In this document: positions 51,320 to 64,000 of the stretch, one piece after another
How positions within the stretch are numbered: position 1 is the first letter of the stretch
Layout: the number at the start of each line of letters is the position of its first letter
DNA from: Octopus sinensis
Lineage: Eukaryota
Length of the DNA: 64,000 bases
Direction of reading: 5' to 3'
Assembly (NCBI RefSeq): GCF_006345805.1
Contig: NC_043003.1
Location: 29,264,001-29,328,000 of the forward strand
Position numbers and translations under genes: made by a program
The notes under the pieces: generated by a model
The model's input: only the letters and a program-made list of their open reading frames with translations
Told to the model about the DNA's origin: nothing
The model's database searches: none

Positions 51320-54300
51320 TGGGTTGATGGTATAAACAGGAGAAATAGAACTCAATACACAAAAAGAGAGTAGAATATATGCATTTCTTATGTATTAGCT
51401 ATAAAGCTAAATAAGTGACTCAAAGGCCTACAGTTTCAAGCATGGCACTTATCAGAATGGCCAAAAAAAACCTCAGAGATTTGTGAAGTGTAGATGTGGA
51501 CTTATTTAAGAAACACTGAGATATATGAACCCACAGCACAGCAAGATATGCAAAAGAAGGACTGTGTTGTCAAAAACAAAAAACAAAGAAAGTCATGGGA
51601 CTGAAATTAAATACACTAATAATCGCACCGACACCACTGTCCCATCCTGACCACAGCATTTGGTTGAAACAACTAAAAGTATAATGCATGAAACTTTTGG
51701 TCCTTGGGTCACTGATATAGCTTTACAGTTTATATAAGTGTGTATATTTACAGCTTTGGATAGTAAATCTTTCATTAACAGTATTTTTTCATGGAATTTT
51801 GACTAGACTGCATAAGGAACTTTGATATTCAATTAAATAAAAGATGAAATCTTATAATTTTTTCCCCCTGAATCTTACTACTTAGAATCTGTATGTTAAT
51901 AAGCAAAGATCAAATGTGTGATGTTCTCATGTGGTTAATTGAAGGGAGAGGCAAAAGGAGAGAAGAATGTTAGTGGTGAGAGTCAGGAGAAAGGGATTGC
52001 TATTATGTTATGTGGTTAAATAGTGAGTTGAAAGAAAAGGTATAGTGACAGAGAAACAGAATGTATTTAGGAGGATGTATAGTTGTAAGGAGAATCAAAG
52101 AGAGAAACTGTGCATGTCTGTCTTGGTACATGATTTTAAATGTTGTATCATAGAATATTTGGGGCAGACAATAAAACTTTAATTGTTGTTACAGGTTTTA
52201 ATGTTCAGACATTTCTATGTCTTCTGGCCATCAATGAATCTATCCATTGACAGATAGAAAGAAGGATGATTAGATTATATTGAGCGACAGTTATTTTAAA
52301 GGATGTGGCCATGCTGGGGCATTATTCAGTTTGTTTGTTTGCTTTTTTTTTTTTATTAGGTTTAAATGCTTATCTGTATTGTCAGAGTAGACAGATGCAT
52401 GCAGCAAGAGAAGGAAAAGTAGATATGACAGACAGACAGACAAATAGGTATGTAGATCAATAGATTTACAGTTAGATAAAAAGATAGTTGAACTGAAATG
52501 GAAATAATCTTGATTGGCAAATAACTTGGACTAAGTTTTGTGAAATAAACAAGCTTTCAATTTCCCACAGATCTCAGAATATTCAGAACAAGTAATTCTT
52601 TCAAATAGTCGTACCACTAAATTTGTTGAAGTGAACTTTTATGTGGTGTGTGTGTACGTATGATATTATCTTTAAGCATGTAAATTTCTTTCTTAAATTA
52701 ATATTTACATAATAATTAATTTCAACTGCTCTTTATTTAATTTAAAGAAATTAATTCTGAATTTTTTAAGATTATCACCTTTTGCTTTGAGAGTTGCTAA
52801 CAATTACCAATGGGTATTACTTTTCTTTATTCAATTACGACGCAAGTTTCAATTTTAGTTCAATTTTTTGGTATATAATATTCAGTTTGTCAGCTTTCAA
52901 TTTAATTATCCAAATTTGTGCCATTTGTCCAGTTGAGTTATTTCCCCAATTAGCTCATTATATTTATTTTTAAGTATAAAAAACAGACCTTATTGTTTTG
53001 ATGAAATAGTATCTGCTGTGGGTATTGAAAATTCATCAGAATAAATAATTTTATAAAACAGTCAGTTTATATCAATAATAATATATTAGAAAATAAATAG
53101 AGAATATGGTTGTGCATAAAATAATAATCAGGTATACCACTGATGATCCGACACTTCCTCTAATCTGGATATGAATAATTCTGTGAAGACACTTGCATAT
53201 CCTATAACCATTATAAATAACGTTTTCTCCATCAAAGTTTCATGAAACACTTTAGTTTATTCACTGGTAACATACTGTAGTGGAACCACATTCCTTTCTT
53301 CTAGTAATATTAATTATGAAAGTGAAAATGTTGAAAACAAAATCTAACATCATGTGCTAATCCACTAGAAAATGATATCACAAAACATAATGGTGATGAG
53401 CATGTTAATTAATAGATACCTTTAAAAAAATAAATAAATGCACCCTTTTAAAGCCTAGCCAGGCTCATGGGCCCGGTTTCCTGGTTTCTATGGCGTATGT
53501 GTTCCCCACCTGGATGAGATGCCAGTTCATCACAGTGTTACTTATTTTTGCCAGCTGAGTGGACTAGAGCAACGTGAAATGAAGTGTTTTGCTCAAGAAC
53601 ACACCGCATCGCCCAGTCCAGGAATCAAAACTACAATCTTATGATCATGATGCTGACACCCTAACCACTAAGCCACGTGCCTCCACAATAAATACCTTTA
53701 CTGCAGTGAATATAATATCTCAGATTAAGGTGGTGAGCTGGCAGAATCATTAGCACAATGGACAATATTTTTAGTAATATTTCGTCTGTCTTTACTTTCC
53801 GAGTTCAAATTCTACTGAGGTTGACTTTACCTTGCAACCTTTCAGAGTTGATAAGATAAGTATCTGTTGAGTACTAGTCTCAATGTAATCGACTCCCCTG
53901 AACTTGCTGGTCTTGTGTCAACATTTGAAATCAATACAATGTCCAGATTGAAAGAAGAAAATCCAAAGTTAGATATATGCTGTTGATGTCAAGAGAATTA
54001 AAAAACTTTTGAGAGAATGTAAAATAATTCTTTTTTGGAACTGGACCTCAAAGCACTTGAATAAAGCTATAAACAATAGCATGTAAATATTGGTTTACAT
54101 GCTATGTTCAAAAACCCATTTGGACAGAAAATGTTGAAGGCTATCCATGGGATTCAAACCCACATCTTCAGCAGACTCAACAGGCTTTCTACCACTGGAC
54201 AAAGCAATCCTTTGAATTTCTCTATCCATTTCAGAAACTATATTCTTACCAGAAAGAATTTTGTATTGTTGATATCACAAGAATTTATAAACTTTTGAGA

Positions 54301-56391
54301 GAACATGAAACAATTCCTATTTGGAACTGGATCTCAAAGTACAAGGCTGCAAATAGAAGCATGTAAATATAAGGATGAAAAGCCTTTTTGGATGAAAAAA
54401 GTCAAAAGCTGCCTATGGAATATAAACCCACATCTCTTGTAGGGGCAGCCTTCAACTTTTTCTATCCATAAGGGTTTTTCAACACAGTGTATACATGTTA
54501 TTATTTATAGCTTTATGTGCTTTGAGATCTAGTTCCAAAAAGGAATTATTAAAAATATGTCTTCCATAGTTATGTTTCAAGTGAAGGTTCAGTGATTGGA
54601 TCAGCACATAGCATTAGATTTTGTTTTAAATATTTTATCCTGGTTTTCTCAGCCCCTGGACCATATCCCTGCTCCCTACATTCAAGGCAGAAATGGCTGT
54701 CCATAAGTGCAAGTCAGATTGGCTGTTCCAGCACATCTCCCTCACAACCTCCAGGGCAATGCTTTTCCATTTTGCTTGCTGGGACCATGAGATGGTCTGA
54801 CATACAGGAAATTGTACAATCCACTCCTTAATGTAAAGTTGGCTGGTTAGAAGAGTGTTTCTGCCTTTAAAAGGTAAAGACACCCTTCAGTCATGAATGA
54901 CCATGGTATTGCACCTAGAAAGTTCCCCTCCAAGGCACAAGTCTGGGCAAGGTTGTACATGGAAGACCAGCAGTTGCCCATGCCTACCAACCTCTCCTCT
55001 CCATGCCACCGATGTTATCCAAAGAAAAGGCAAAGGCCAATACAGCTTGGCACCAGTGATGTCACAACTCATTTCTACAGCTGAGTGAACTGGAGCAACA
55101 TGAAATAAAGTGTCTTGCTCAAGAACACAATGCACAGGCCAGTTTGGAAATCAAACTCACTACCTCATGATTGTGAGCCAATGCTCTAACCATTGAACGA
55201 TGCACCTTTATAATGTTTCTCAATAAACAAAGGTGTGTAGTGAAGGTTTTATAGCAAAAAAATTAGTAATTGCATTGTGATTGTCTTCTAGGAATTTAAA
55301 CTAAATTATCTTCATATGACTTCTGTGAATCCAGCAAAACATGGCATATGTTTGAAACTAAGTATAATAGAAAATCAGTGGTGTACTTGTAATATATTAT
55401 ATTGAACTCTAGCATGGTTGTGAATTTATTTGTTTCTTCATGTTAAAAACAAAAATGAAAGATTTTTTTCTTTTAATTTTAGAGCTTTTCAATAATTTTC
55501 TTTTTAAAAAATATTTGGTTCATTCCTATTCAATGCTAAATAGCTGAAGATTTTTCAAAATATATCAGTCCAACAAATCTTTTTTTTTAAACTTCATTAA
55601 TTTAAGATTTATTTTCCAGAATGTTTAAAATAAAACAAAAATTGTTCTGTTATTTTAATTTACAATATTTATATTTCCTTCAGTTATTTAAACAAACAAA
55701 AGAAAAAACAATTTGAAAATCTTATTTCATTGTATATTTCATTTTTTCTTTTAATTTTTATATCATGTAATAAATAAATTGATCTCTTCTCATTTTGTCC
55801 ATTTTATTTGGATGATTTTCACCTCCCCTCAATATATATTGTGTTTTTAAATACAGCATGTTCATAAGAGATCTTATCTCCAGATGAAATACCACAGTAT
55901 ATCACCACAGAATGATATATAGATAACTATTTCAATCTAATGATGCTTCTATTGCATATAATGGATTTTATTCTGCTGGGTGGCTATTCAAAACACTACT
56001 GGACGCTTATTCACTGTTCATGTATATATTGATGATGACAAATTTCATTTAAGTATGTGGCTGGTTGCAAGTACATGTCAATGAAAACACCCAATGAGGC
56101 AGAAATACATCTGGTGTAGCCACTAGATGTTGATGGAATGATTTCTATCTCCCTCCAACATATATTGCATCTTTACACACAGCATGTCTCAATAAAAGAT
56201 CATATCTCTAGATGATCACTGCAGTAAATTTTCCCTTCAACATGTATCATACCTAATGTATCATACATTAGGTATGATACATAGATGTCTGCTTTGATCT
56301 AATATTATATGTTGCATATAATGGATACGAGCATATCTATACACACACACGCAAACACACACAAACAGTCACCAACACACAGAGGCTGCAT

Positions 56392-57520
56392 CAGTTATTT
56401 CAGAACAAAATTTAATATAAAGAAAACAAAAATATATTTATCATACAAACCAATTTAGTACACATATTCTTACATACACGTGGCAAAATACTGTTCAGTA
56501 AAACTGCCATCAGCCACTATTACATTCTTGGTATGCCTCCTGATACAACTAAATATGTTAAGTGATTCATGTTGGCCATAATGTCCTCAGCAGCAGACAT
56601 CAATGAGTCCTTGATATTGGGAGCATGCTTGTTGGTCTCCTGCTCAATGATGCCCCAGATATTGTAGTCCAGGAGGTTTAAATCAGAAGAACTAGGATGT
56701 TAAATGTTAGGAATAACATGGTCTTGAAAATTTTTGACCATCTATAGGCGTAGGAGTGGCTGTGTGGTAAGTAGCTTGCTTATGAACCACATGGTTCCGG
56801 GTTCAGTCCCACTGCATGGCATCTTGGGTAAGTGTCTTCTACTATAGCCTCAGGCCGACCAAAGCCTTGTGAGTGAATTTGGTAGACGGAAACTGAAATA
56901 TATGTATGTGTGTGTGTGTGTTTGTACCCCAACATCGCTTGACAACTGATGCTGGTGTGTTTATGTCCTCGTAACAACAAAAGAGACCGATAGAATAAGT
57001 ACTAGGCTTACAAAGAATAAGTCCTGGGGTCGATTTGCCACAGTCAGTATGGCCACAGTCAAATGACTGAAACAAGTAAAAAGAGTATCTACTCCTGGGT
57101 CATACAGGCTTTACGAGTCTTGTTGGAATACATTAATCCTATCCTGAGCAACTCTTTTGATCCAGAACTTGACAAATATCTTCCAATATTTTCTTGTAGG
57201 CTACCACATTGACTCTAAGACCTTGTCAGAAAAAATTAGGTGTCAATGACATGATCCTCATTGTTCATGATCCTTAAGATCATCACAGATGATGAGGACT
57301 TAGTATACATAACAGTGAGGCTGGCTCTACTGATCCTCCTCCAGCTAATTTATTCCCTCTCTTCAGATGAGTTAATTCCACCATGTGAAGGAAAAATTGC
57401 ACAATGCATAAAACTAAATCAATTATTGTCAACATGGTAACAACATGACACAAGAGTAGCTTAATGGTAATCAATGAAACAATTGTAAACTAAACTATGA
57501 GCATAATTTGTTCACTCCAA
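56392..57520 (-). mobile_element. Degraded maT/DD37D-like transposon split by a SINE (56747-57086)
   Basis: Minus strand reads VFQQDS, then ..NFQDHVIPNI*HPSSSDLNLLDYNIWGIIEQETNKH (SPDLNPLDY-type third Asp). Confidence 0.65.
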
Positions 57521-59169
57521 TTTTTGCTTCCCAGCCACAAGTTTCTGGGTTCGGTCACACTGTATGACACGTTGGGTGTCTTCTACTATAGCCTCAGGTT
57601 AACCAAAGCCTTGTAAGTGAATTTGGTAGACAGAAACTGAAAGACGCTTGTCATGTGTGTGTCTGTGTATTTGTCCCCAACCAGTGTTGGTGTGTTTACA
57701 TCCCCATTCCCTACCTACGATACTTTTGCTTCTGCATTCAGGTGGTGCACATGGCACATACTGAAATTCATGTAACAAGCAGTATATCAGTTGCAGAATG
57801 GTTTATAAATGATTATTATCTTACATTGTTACTAGATGAAAAGAATCTGTGTTAGAAATGCCATGTACATCCATAAAATAAATCAACAGAGAAAAAGTAA
57901 ATTCACTTCTTGAGGGGAACACTTAACTAAATGATACTAAACATCATTTCTGCCTCATAAAGTTGGACTCTAAAACAGCTCCTCAACAAACCAAACATAG
58001 ACATTGTAAAACTCAGTTATCAGCTGAGAAACCAGTCCTAATGTGACACCAGTATTACAAATAAGAGTGAAAAGAAAGCATGGTGGAGAGGTTAAGAAGC
58101 TCACCACCCAACTGCTTCGTTTTGGGTTCAGTTTCACTGTGCATGTGTCTTCAACCACAGACCAGCCCAATCAAAGCCTTGTGAATGGATTTGGTAGACA
58201 GAAACTGAAAGAATCCTATCATATATGCACTCTAACATACATATATATTTCTTTACTGCTCACAAGGGGCCAAACATAGAGGGGACAAACAAGGACAGAC
58301 AAAGGGATCAAGTTGATTACATCAACCCCAGTGTGAAACTGGTACTTTATTTATCGACCCTAAAAGGATGAAAGGCAAAGTCGACCTCAGCGGAATTTGA
58401 ACTCAGAACGTAACGACAGACGAAATACCGCTAAGCATTTCACCCAGCACGCTAACGTTTCTGCCGTATGTTTGTGTCTCTTTGTCTTAATATCACATGA
58501 TAGTGGTAAACACGCATCACCATCATAAAAGCAGGTTCCTTCATTTCCAATCTCTCATGAAAACATGTCCAGCCATAGGGATAGAAACAGATGAGGGTTC
58601 ATGACAGGTTAGGGAATCTTCCCATAGAAAATCTGTCCCAATAAATTCCATCCAAACCATGCAAACATGAAAAACTAAACATTAAAATGATGATGGTGAC
58701 AGCTGTGGTGAAGAAGAGGAAGCATATATTCAGAGCAAGGTTACTGAGAAACCCAATATACGGAGCCAACGTTTGGAGAGGTTGATTTAACAATAGATTC
58801 AATGTAATTGTTCCAAGTAAATTCTTTAGAAAAATAGTTAAAACTATAAAGCTGAAGAATAGAAAACTGAGGAAGAACATTATCTGACACAGGAATAGTA
58901 ATATCATTAGACTTCCTGTAATGACAAATGGAAAAGAAGTTTAGTTTTTTGCAGAGTTGAAAGTAACCAACCACAGTGTATTACAATCAGTCACCAAATA
59001 CAGGTAGAGCTCAGGTCAAGTGAGGTATTCATCACGTTCAATCAAAGCTAAGCCTGATCAAAGGCACTCAAGGCCAGATTAAAACCCATAGAAGCCCTAA
59101 GCGTTTAAAAGATTTCGGTGCCCCCATATATATGTAATTCAACATATAAACAATAAACCATAAAATAAA

Positions 59170-59470
59170 TGCAATCTCTCACCTGTGTCTATGCTTGTTT
59201 AAGAAACTGCTCTGAGAAGTTTTACCACACATATCACAATGGAATGGTTTCTCTCCTGTATGATTACTTACATGGTACAGTAGAGATGTCCTCTCAGAAA
59301 ATTGTGTACCATAGATATCACATGGGTGTAGCTTCTCACCTGTGTGAATATGTTTTTCTCTTTCTTTCTTCTTCTTAAAAGAATTCCTCTGTTAATCTCA
59401 TATCTTGATGTGTTGCTAAATGACATTTTAGTGATGTTACTTCCTGTAGTTTGTGTCATTAAGAAAAGTT
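59170..59470 (-). pseudogene. C2H2 zinc-finger pseudogene fragment paralogous to the neighbouring ZF gene
   Basis: [43 protein letters not shown] matches ~61205-61390, with indels. Confidence 0.8.
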
Positions 59471-59698
59471 TTTCATATTAACATTTACCAAATTCAACAA
59501 ATAAACACATTCTTAAAATATCCTGCGAGTGGCTGTGTGGTAAGTAGCTTGCTTACCAACCACATGGTTCTGGGTTCAGTCCCACTGTGTGGCACCTTGG
59601 GCAAGTGTCTTCTACTATAACTTCAGACCGACCAAAACCTTGTGAGTGGATTTGGTAAACGGAAACTGAAAGAAGCCCATCATATTTATGTGTATGTG

Positions 59699-59754
<56 letters not shown>

Positions 59755-60860
59755 CATATGTTTGTCCCCCCAACATCGCTTGACAGCCAATGCTGGTGTG
59801 TTTACGTCCCCGTAACTTAGCAGTTCGTCAAGAGACCGATAGAATAAGTACAAGGCTTATAAAGAATAAGTCCTAGGGTCAATTTGCTCAACTAAAGGCA
59901 GTGCTCTAGCATGGCCACAGTCAAATGACTGAAGCAACTAAAAGAGTAAAAGAGTATTCAGTGAAGAATTTTATCATGCCAACAGGTTGAATACGTTGCC
60001 CTCAGTTTTAATTAATTCCCACAAAAGTTCTTCGAATATTTAGAGTTTTCCTTCCTAACTTATAATTTTGAACAGAATTCTTTCTTTGTGTCAAAAACGA
60101 AGAGGTGAGAAAGAATCTACAGACATTGGGACTCACAGAGGGGATGATAGGGGACTGAGTCTCGTGGTAGTTTGCTGTGCTGAAAAGACACATCAAGCTA
60201 AGTAGAAGCATGGTTGTCCTTGCATACAGGCTTACCCACTACATCCCTAATTTTACAGGCTTGTAGGTGCTGGTGCCACGTAAAAAGTAACCATGTCAGT
60301 GCTGCATAATAGCATCCAGTACACTCTGTAAAGTGGTTTGCATTAGGAAGGGCATCCAGCCATAGAAACCATGCCAAAATAGACAGGGAGCCTGAATAGC
60401 CCTTCAGTTGGTCAGCTCCTGTCAAACCATCCAACCCACGCTAACATGGAAAACAGATGTTAAATGATGATGATGACATTCCTAAATTCTTAAAACAGTT
60501 CATGAAAAATCAGTAACAAGAGCTTCATTTTTTATTTTATTAATTTTATTTATTTTTCAGTCAAAGAAGAATTATAAACAAATATATATTATAAGACACA
60601 TATTTATTCAACAGGCAATATAAAAATCCAACGTTTGAGGTTATGAGTCCTGTTTAAGATTAAATGAGTAAGATATGTATAAACTGCATCAGAACTTATT
60701 TAAAAAGAAAAATGTAGATGTTTTGTGGATAACACAAGATGCTTTAAGTTAAACTTTTTCAGATTGTTCCAAAAGAAATGTTCAATGACTCAAGCAACAT
60801 TTCACCATAGTGATCAATATAATTAGAGAAATCCTTTGACCATGTATCATAGTATCATTA

Positions 60861-62642
60861 CTACAGTCCCTCACTGGTGTGAATTTTTGCATGTTTAGAC
60901 AAATCAGCATTTTGTGAGAATGCCTCACCACAGATATCACAGCAATATGGTTTCTCACCTGTATGAATATGTTTATGCCTATTTAAATGGCTACTTAAAG
61001 AGAATGCTTTACTGCAGATATCACACTGGTATGGTTTCTCACCTGTGTGAATGCGTTTATGGCAAGATAAATGACCAGTCTGAGAGAATGTTTTACCACA
61101 GATATCACAGTGGTATGGTTTCTCTCCTGTGTGAATACGTCTGTGGCAAGATAAAGCACTTCTTTGAAAGAATGCCTTACCACAGATATCACAAGAATAT
61201 GATTTCTCACCTGCATGTCGGCGTTTATGTTTGTTTAACAAACTATTCTGCGAAAAAGTTTTATCACATATATCACAGTGGAATGGCTTCTCTCCTGTAT
61301 GATTACTTACATGATATAGTAAGGATGTCCTTTCAGAAAACTGTTTACCACAGATATCACAAGAATGTAGCTTCTCACCTGTATGAATACGTTTGTGGCG
61401 AGATAAATTGCTACGTTGCGAGAATTTTTCACCACAGATATCACAGTCGTAGGGTTTTTCACCTGTGTGAATACGTTTGTGGCAAGACAAAGTGCCCATT
61501 TGAGAGAATGTCTTACCACAAATATCACAAGAATGTAGCTTCTCACCTGTATGAATACGTTTGTGGCGAGATAAATTGCTGCATTGCGAGAATTTTTCAC
61601 CACAGATATCACAGTCGTAGGGTTTTTCACCAGTATGAATACGTTTGTGGCAAGACAAAGTGCCCATTTGAGAGAATGTCTCACCACAGATATCACAAGA
61701 ATATGATTTCCCACCTGTTTCACTTTGTTGATCTTTATTTAACAAAGTTTTCTGAGAGTAAGTTTCACCATTGATTTCACAGTGGGTTGGTTTCTCACCT
61801 GTATGAGTACTTAAATGGTAATGTAAAGAAGTTCTCTGAGAGAAAGCTTTACCACAGCTATTACAAGAGTATGGCTTCTCACCTGTGTGAGTACGAATAT
61901 GGTTAGATAATCGCCTTCTTTCAAAGAATGATTTACCACAGGTCTCACAATAAAATGGCTTCTCACCTGTATGAACACTTTTATGATAACGTAAAGAATT
62001 ACTCTGAGAGAATGTTTTTCCACAGATATCACAGTGGAATGGCTTCTCAACTGCATGAATATATTCATGCTGGGATAAGGCATTACGTGCAGAAAACGCT
62101 TTGTTACAGGTTTTACACTGGAATGGTTTTTCACCTGTGTGAATACGTTTGTGTTTAGATAAAGCACTACTTTCAGGAAATGCTTTATCACAAAGCTCAC
62201 AGTGGAATGGTTTCTCTCCTGTATGAACACTTTTATGGTAAAGTAAAGTATGTCTTTGAGAGAATGTTTTACCACAAATATCGCAGCAGTATGGTTTCTC
62301 ACCTGTGTGAGTACGTTTGTGACACGATAAATTACCAATCTGAGAGAATGTCTTACCACAGATATTGCAGGTGTATGGTTTCTCACCTGTGTGAGTACGA
62401 ATATGGGTAGATAATTGTCCCCTTTCTAAGAATGCTTTACCACAGATATCACATTGGTGTTGCTTCTTCTCCATATGAATTAGTTTATGTCGAACTGAAT
62501 TTTTTTTCCTTGCAAATACCTTCCCACATACATTACAAGGATATGACTTTTTTCCTGTCTTTCCCTGAGTCTGTTGCAATATATCATTATCACAAGGTTG
62601 TGTTTCATCACAAACCTGACTTAAACACAGCTTCTCATCCAT
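60861..62642 (-). CDS. Tandem C2H2 (Kruppel-type) zinc-finger protein, 593 aa, 19 intact fingers plus 1 degenerate
   Basis: Uninterrupted ORF of CxxC-x12-HxxxH repeats with TGEKPY linkers; no KRAB/BTB domain; candidate upstream acceptors near 62739 and 63132. Confidence 0.96.
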   Translation of the reverse strand: MDEKLCLSQVCDETQPCDNDILQQTQGKTGKKSYPCNVCGKVFARKKNSVRHKLIHMEKKQHQCDICGKAFLERGQLSTHIRTHTGEKPYTCNICGKTFSQIGNLSCHKRTHTGEKPYCCDICGKTFSQRHTLLYHKSVHTGEKPFHCELCDKAFPESSALSKHKRIHTGEKPFQCKTCNKAFSARNALSQHEYIHAVEKPFHCDICGKTFSQSNSLRYHKSVHTGEKPFYCETCGKSFFERRRLSNHIRTHTGEKPYSCNSCGKAFSQRTSLHYHLSTHTGEKPTHCEINGETYSQKTLLNKDQQSETGGKSYSCDICGETFSQMGTLSCHKRIHTGEKPYDCDICGEKFSQCSNLSRHKRIHTGEKLHSCDICGKTFSQMGTLSCHKRIHTGEKPYDCDICGEKFSQRSNLSRHKRIHTGEKLHSCDICGKQFSERTSLLYHVSNHTGEKPFHCDICDKTFSQNSLLNKHKRRHAGEKSYSCDICGKAFFQRSALSCHRRIHTGEKPYHCDICGKTFSQTGHLSCHKRIHTGEKPYQCDICSKAFSLSSHLNRHKHIHTGEKPYCCDICGEAFSQNADLSKHAKIHTSEGL

Positions 62643-64000
62643 AATTTCTTCTGTTAGTCACACAACAATGCAAAAACATGTTCCTCTTTTTCCTTGTAAT
62701 TTATAATAAAGACAGTTCCATTGTTAGTCTGAATAAATCTGAAAATATGTAACTGGAAAGAAATTCTATTACAACACATTTGGATAGAATCAAGTCCCAG
62801 GAATCAATCTAGGAATGAGAAAGCATCACATAAAAGATCCCAAAACCTGCTCCAGTTCTCTCAATATCCAACTATGAAAACCATTTCACATGATGAGTTG
62901 TGGTAAATTTTCTAGTATATTCAACATACAAATTCATCCAGTAAGCATTTCCAGTTTTACAGAAAATATCTGAAGTTAATATTGATTCAGAGAAACATTT
63001 CCCAGTAATTTAATCATCAACATTATACTTATATAGTGACATGTGTTCTTGATGATGCAAATTTTCAGTCTTTAAACTCAAATTTCTTGATGTATCTTGA
63101 GAGAAATTTTCATCTTTATGTCACCAGACACCCTGAAACACACAGATAATATACATAAAACACAGTTACATGTAAATGCAAAAGATACCAAAGACAAATA
63201 TCTTGGTCAAAATGCACAGTAAACCAAAATATAAACATTACCATAAATTAATAGTACAGACATGCCAAAATTAATGATGAGAACTTTCTCTAAGTATCTT
63301 TAGAAGAAAGACTGGGTAAGGAAAGGTCAAATGGACATAAATTCATAGCCTTTGTAAATCTTCCAAGAATTTGATTCAGTTGAATTCACAAGAGTTACAA
63401 ATCTCAGAATAAAGTTTGCATTAAAATGTTCAGTGAAGAGATTTACTGTAAAAACTATGAATGATCAAGGGAAGTAAGTTAGATGAATTGAGTGGAATTC
63501 AAACACAGATACTTTGGATGTTAGATGTAGAAGGGAAGAGGAAGAATATAGCATGTTTGTGCTTGTAGTGTCTTTTGTGAAGTGACCTTTTGCCAATATG
63601 TCAGATGGCCACTTTCAGGAGTGAGATTTGCAATGTGTAATGGCTTCTCTGCCCATGTTTTTGATTAGCACTGTAATGTGCCTTGGATTATGGCTAGGAC
63701 CACTCTGTCTTTTTCTTCTGTTATTTAATGTCTGTTATTCAATGTGTGATACATTTGACTACAATTTCTTTAACTAAGATGGTATAGAAATTAATTAAAC
63801 AGTAATTCAGTATAATTAATACTTATTCGGCAGTTTGAGTAAAAATGATTTCTCATTTAAGCATAAGGCCAAAATTTTAAAATATAGTGGTTTAGTCAAT
63901 TATGTTAACCAAGTTCTTGAATGGTATTTTTTTTCTATATCTATCCTGAAAGGATCATATGCAAAATTGACTGCAGAGGAATTTGAACTCAGAATGTAAC

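Noticed and set aside
53135-53190. CTGATGA followed by a short stem (possible hammerhead)
   Set aside because: No properly placed GAAA, stem III or stem I
60914-62644. Overlapping antisense and alternative-frame ORFs (YHRYH.. / ISVV.. repeats)
   Set aside because: Shadow frames of the periodic zinc-finger CDS

Overview
AT-rich, microsatellite- and transposon-dense animal genomic DNA. The SINE families and the large tandem C2H2 gene suggest a cephalopod (Octopus-like); this is inferred, not shown. Three protein-coding genes can be read. (1) The last four coding exons of a + strand gene, missed by the ORF track, splice in phase to encode a Rap1/TERF2IP C-terminal (RCT) domain (953-12171). (2) A + strand TRIM-like RING/B-box/coiled-coil gene (40194-49993). 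(3) A - strand 593-aa tandem C2H2 zinc-finger ORF (60861-62642). The rest is RTE and CR1-type LINEs, Tc1/mariner/maT remnants, Helitron/Helentron and piggyBac-type non-autonomous elements, tRNA-derived SINEs and a 5S rRNA pseudogene. The most notable signal is a set of mutually unrelated, non-coding tandem-plus-inverted (fold-back) elements, most of them next to (TA)n tracts. At least two carry complete type-I hammerhead ribozyme folds (three copies at 35.5-36.8 kb, two at 15.6-16.3 kb), the architecture of Penelope-like pseudo-LTRs and retrozymes. One lies in the probable 3' UTR of the RAP1-like gene. All calls were made by eye; no searches or folding programs were run.
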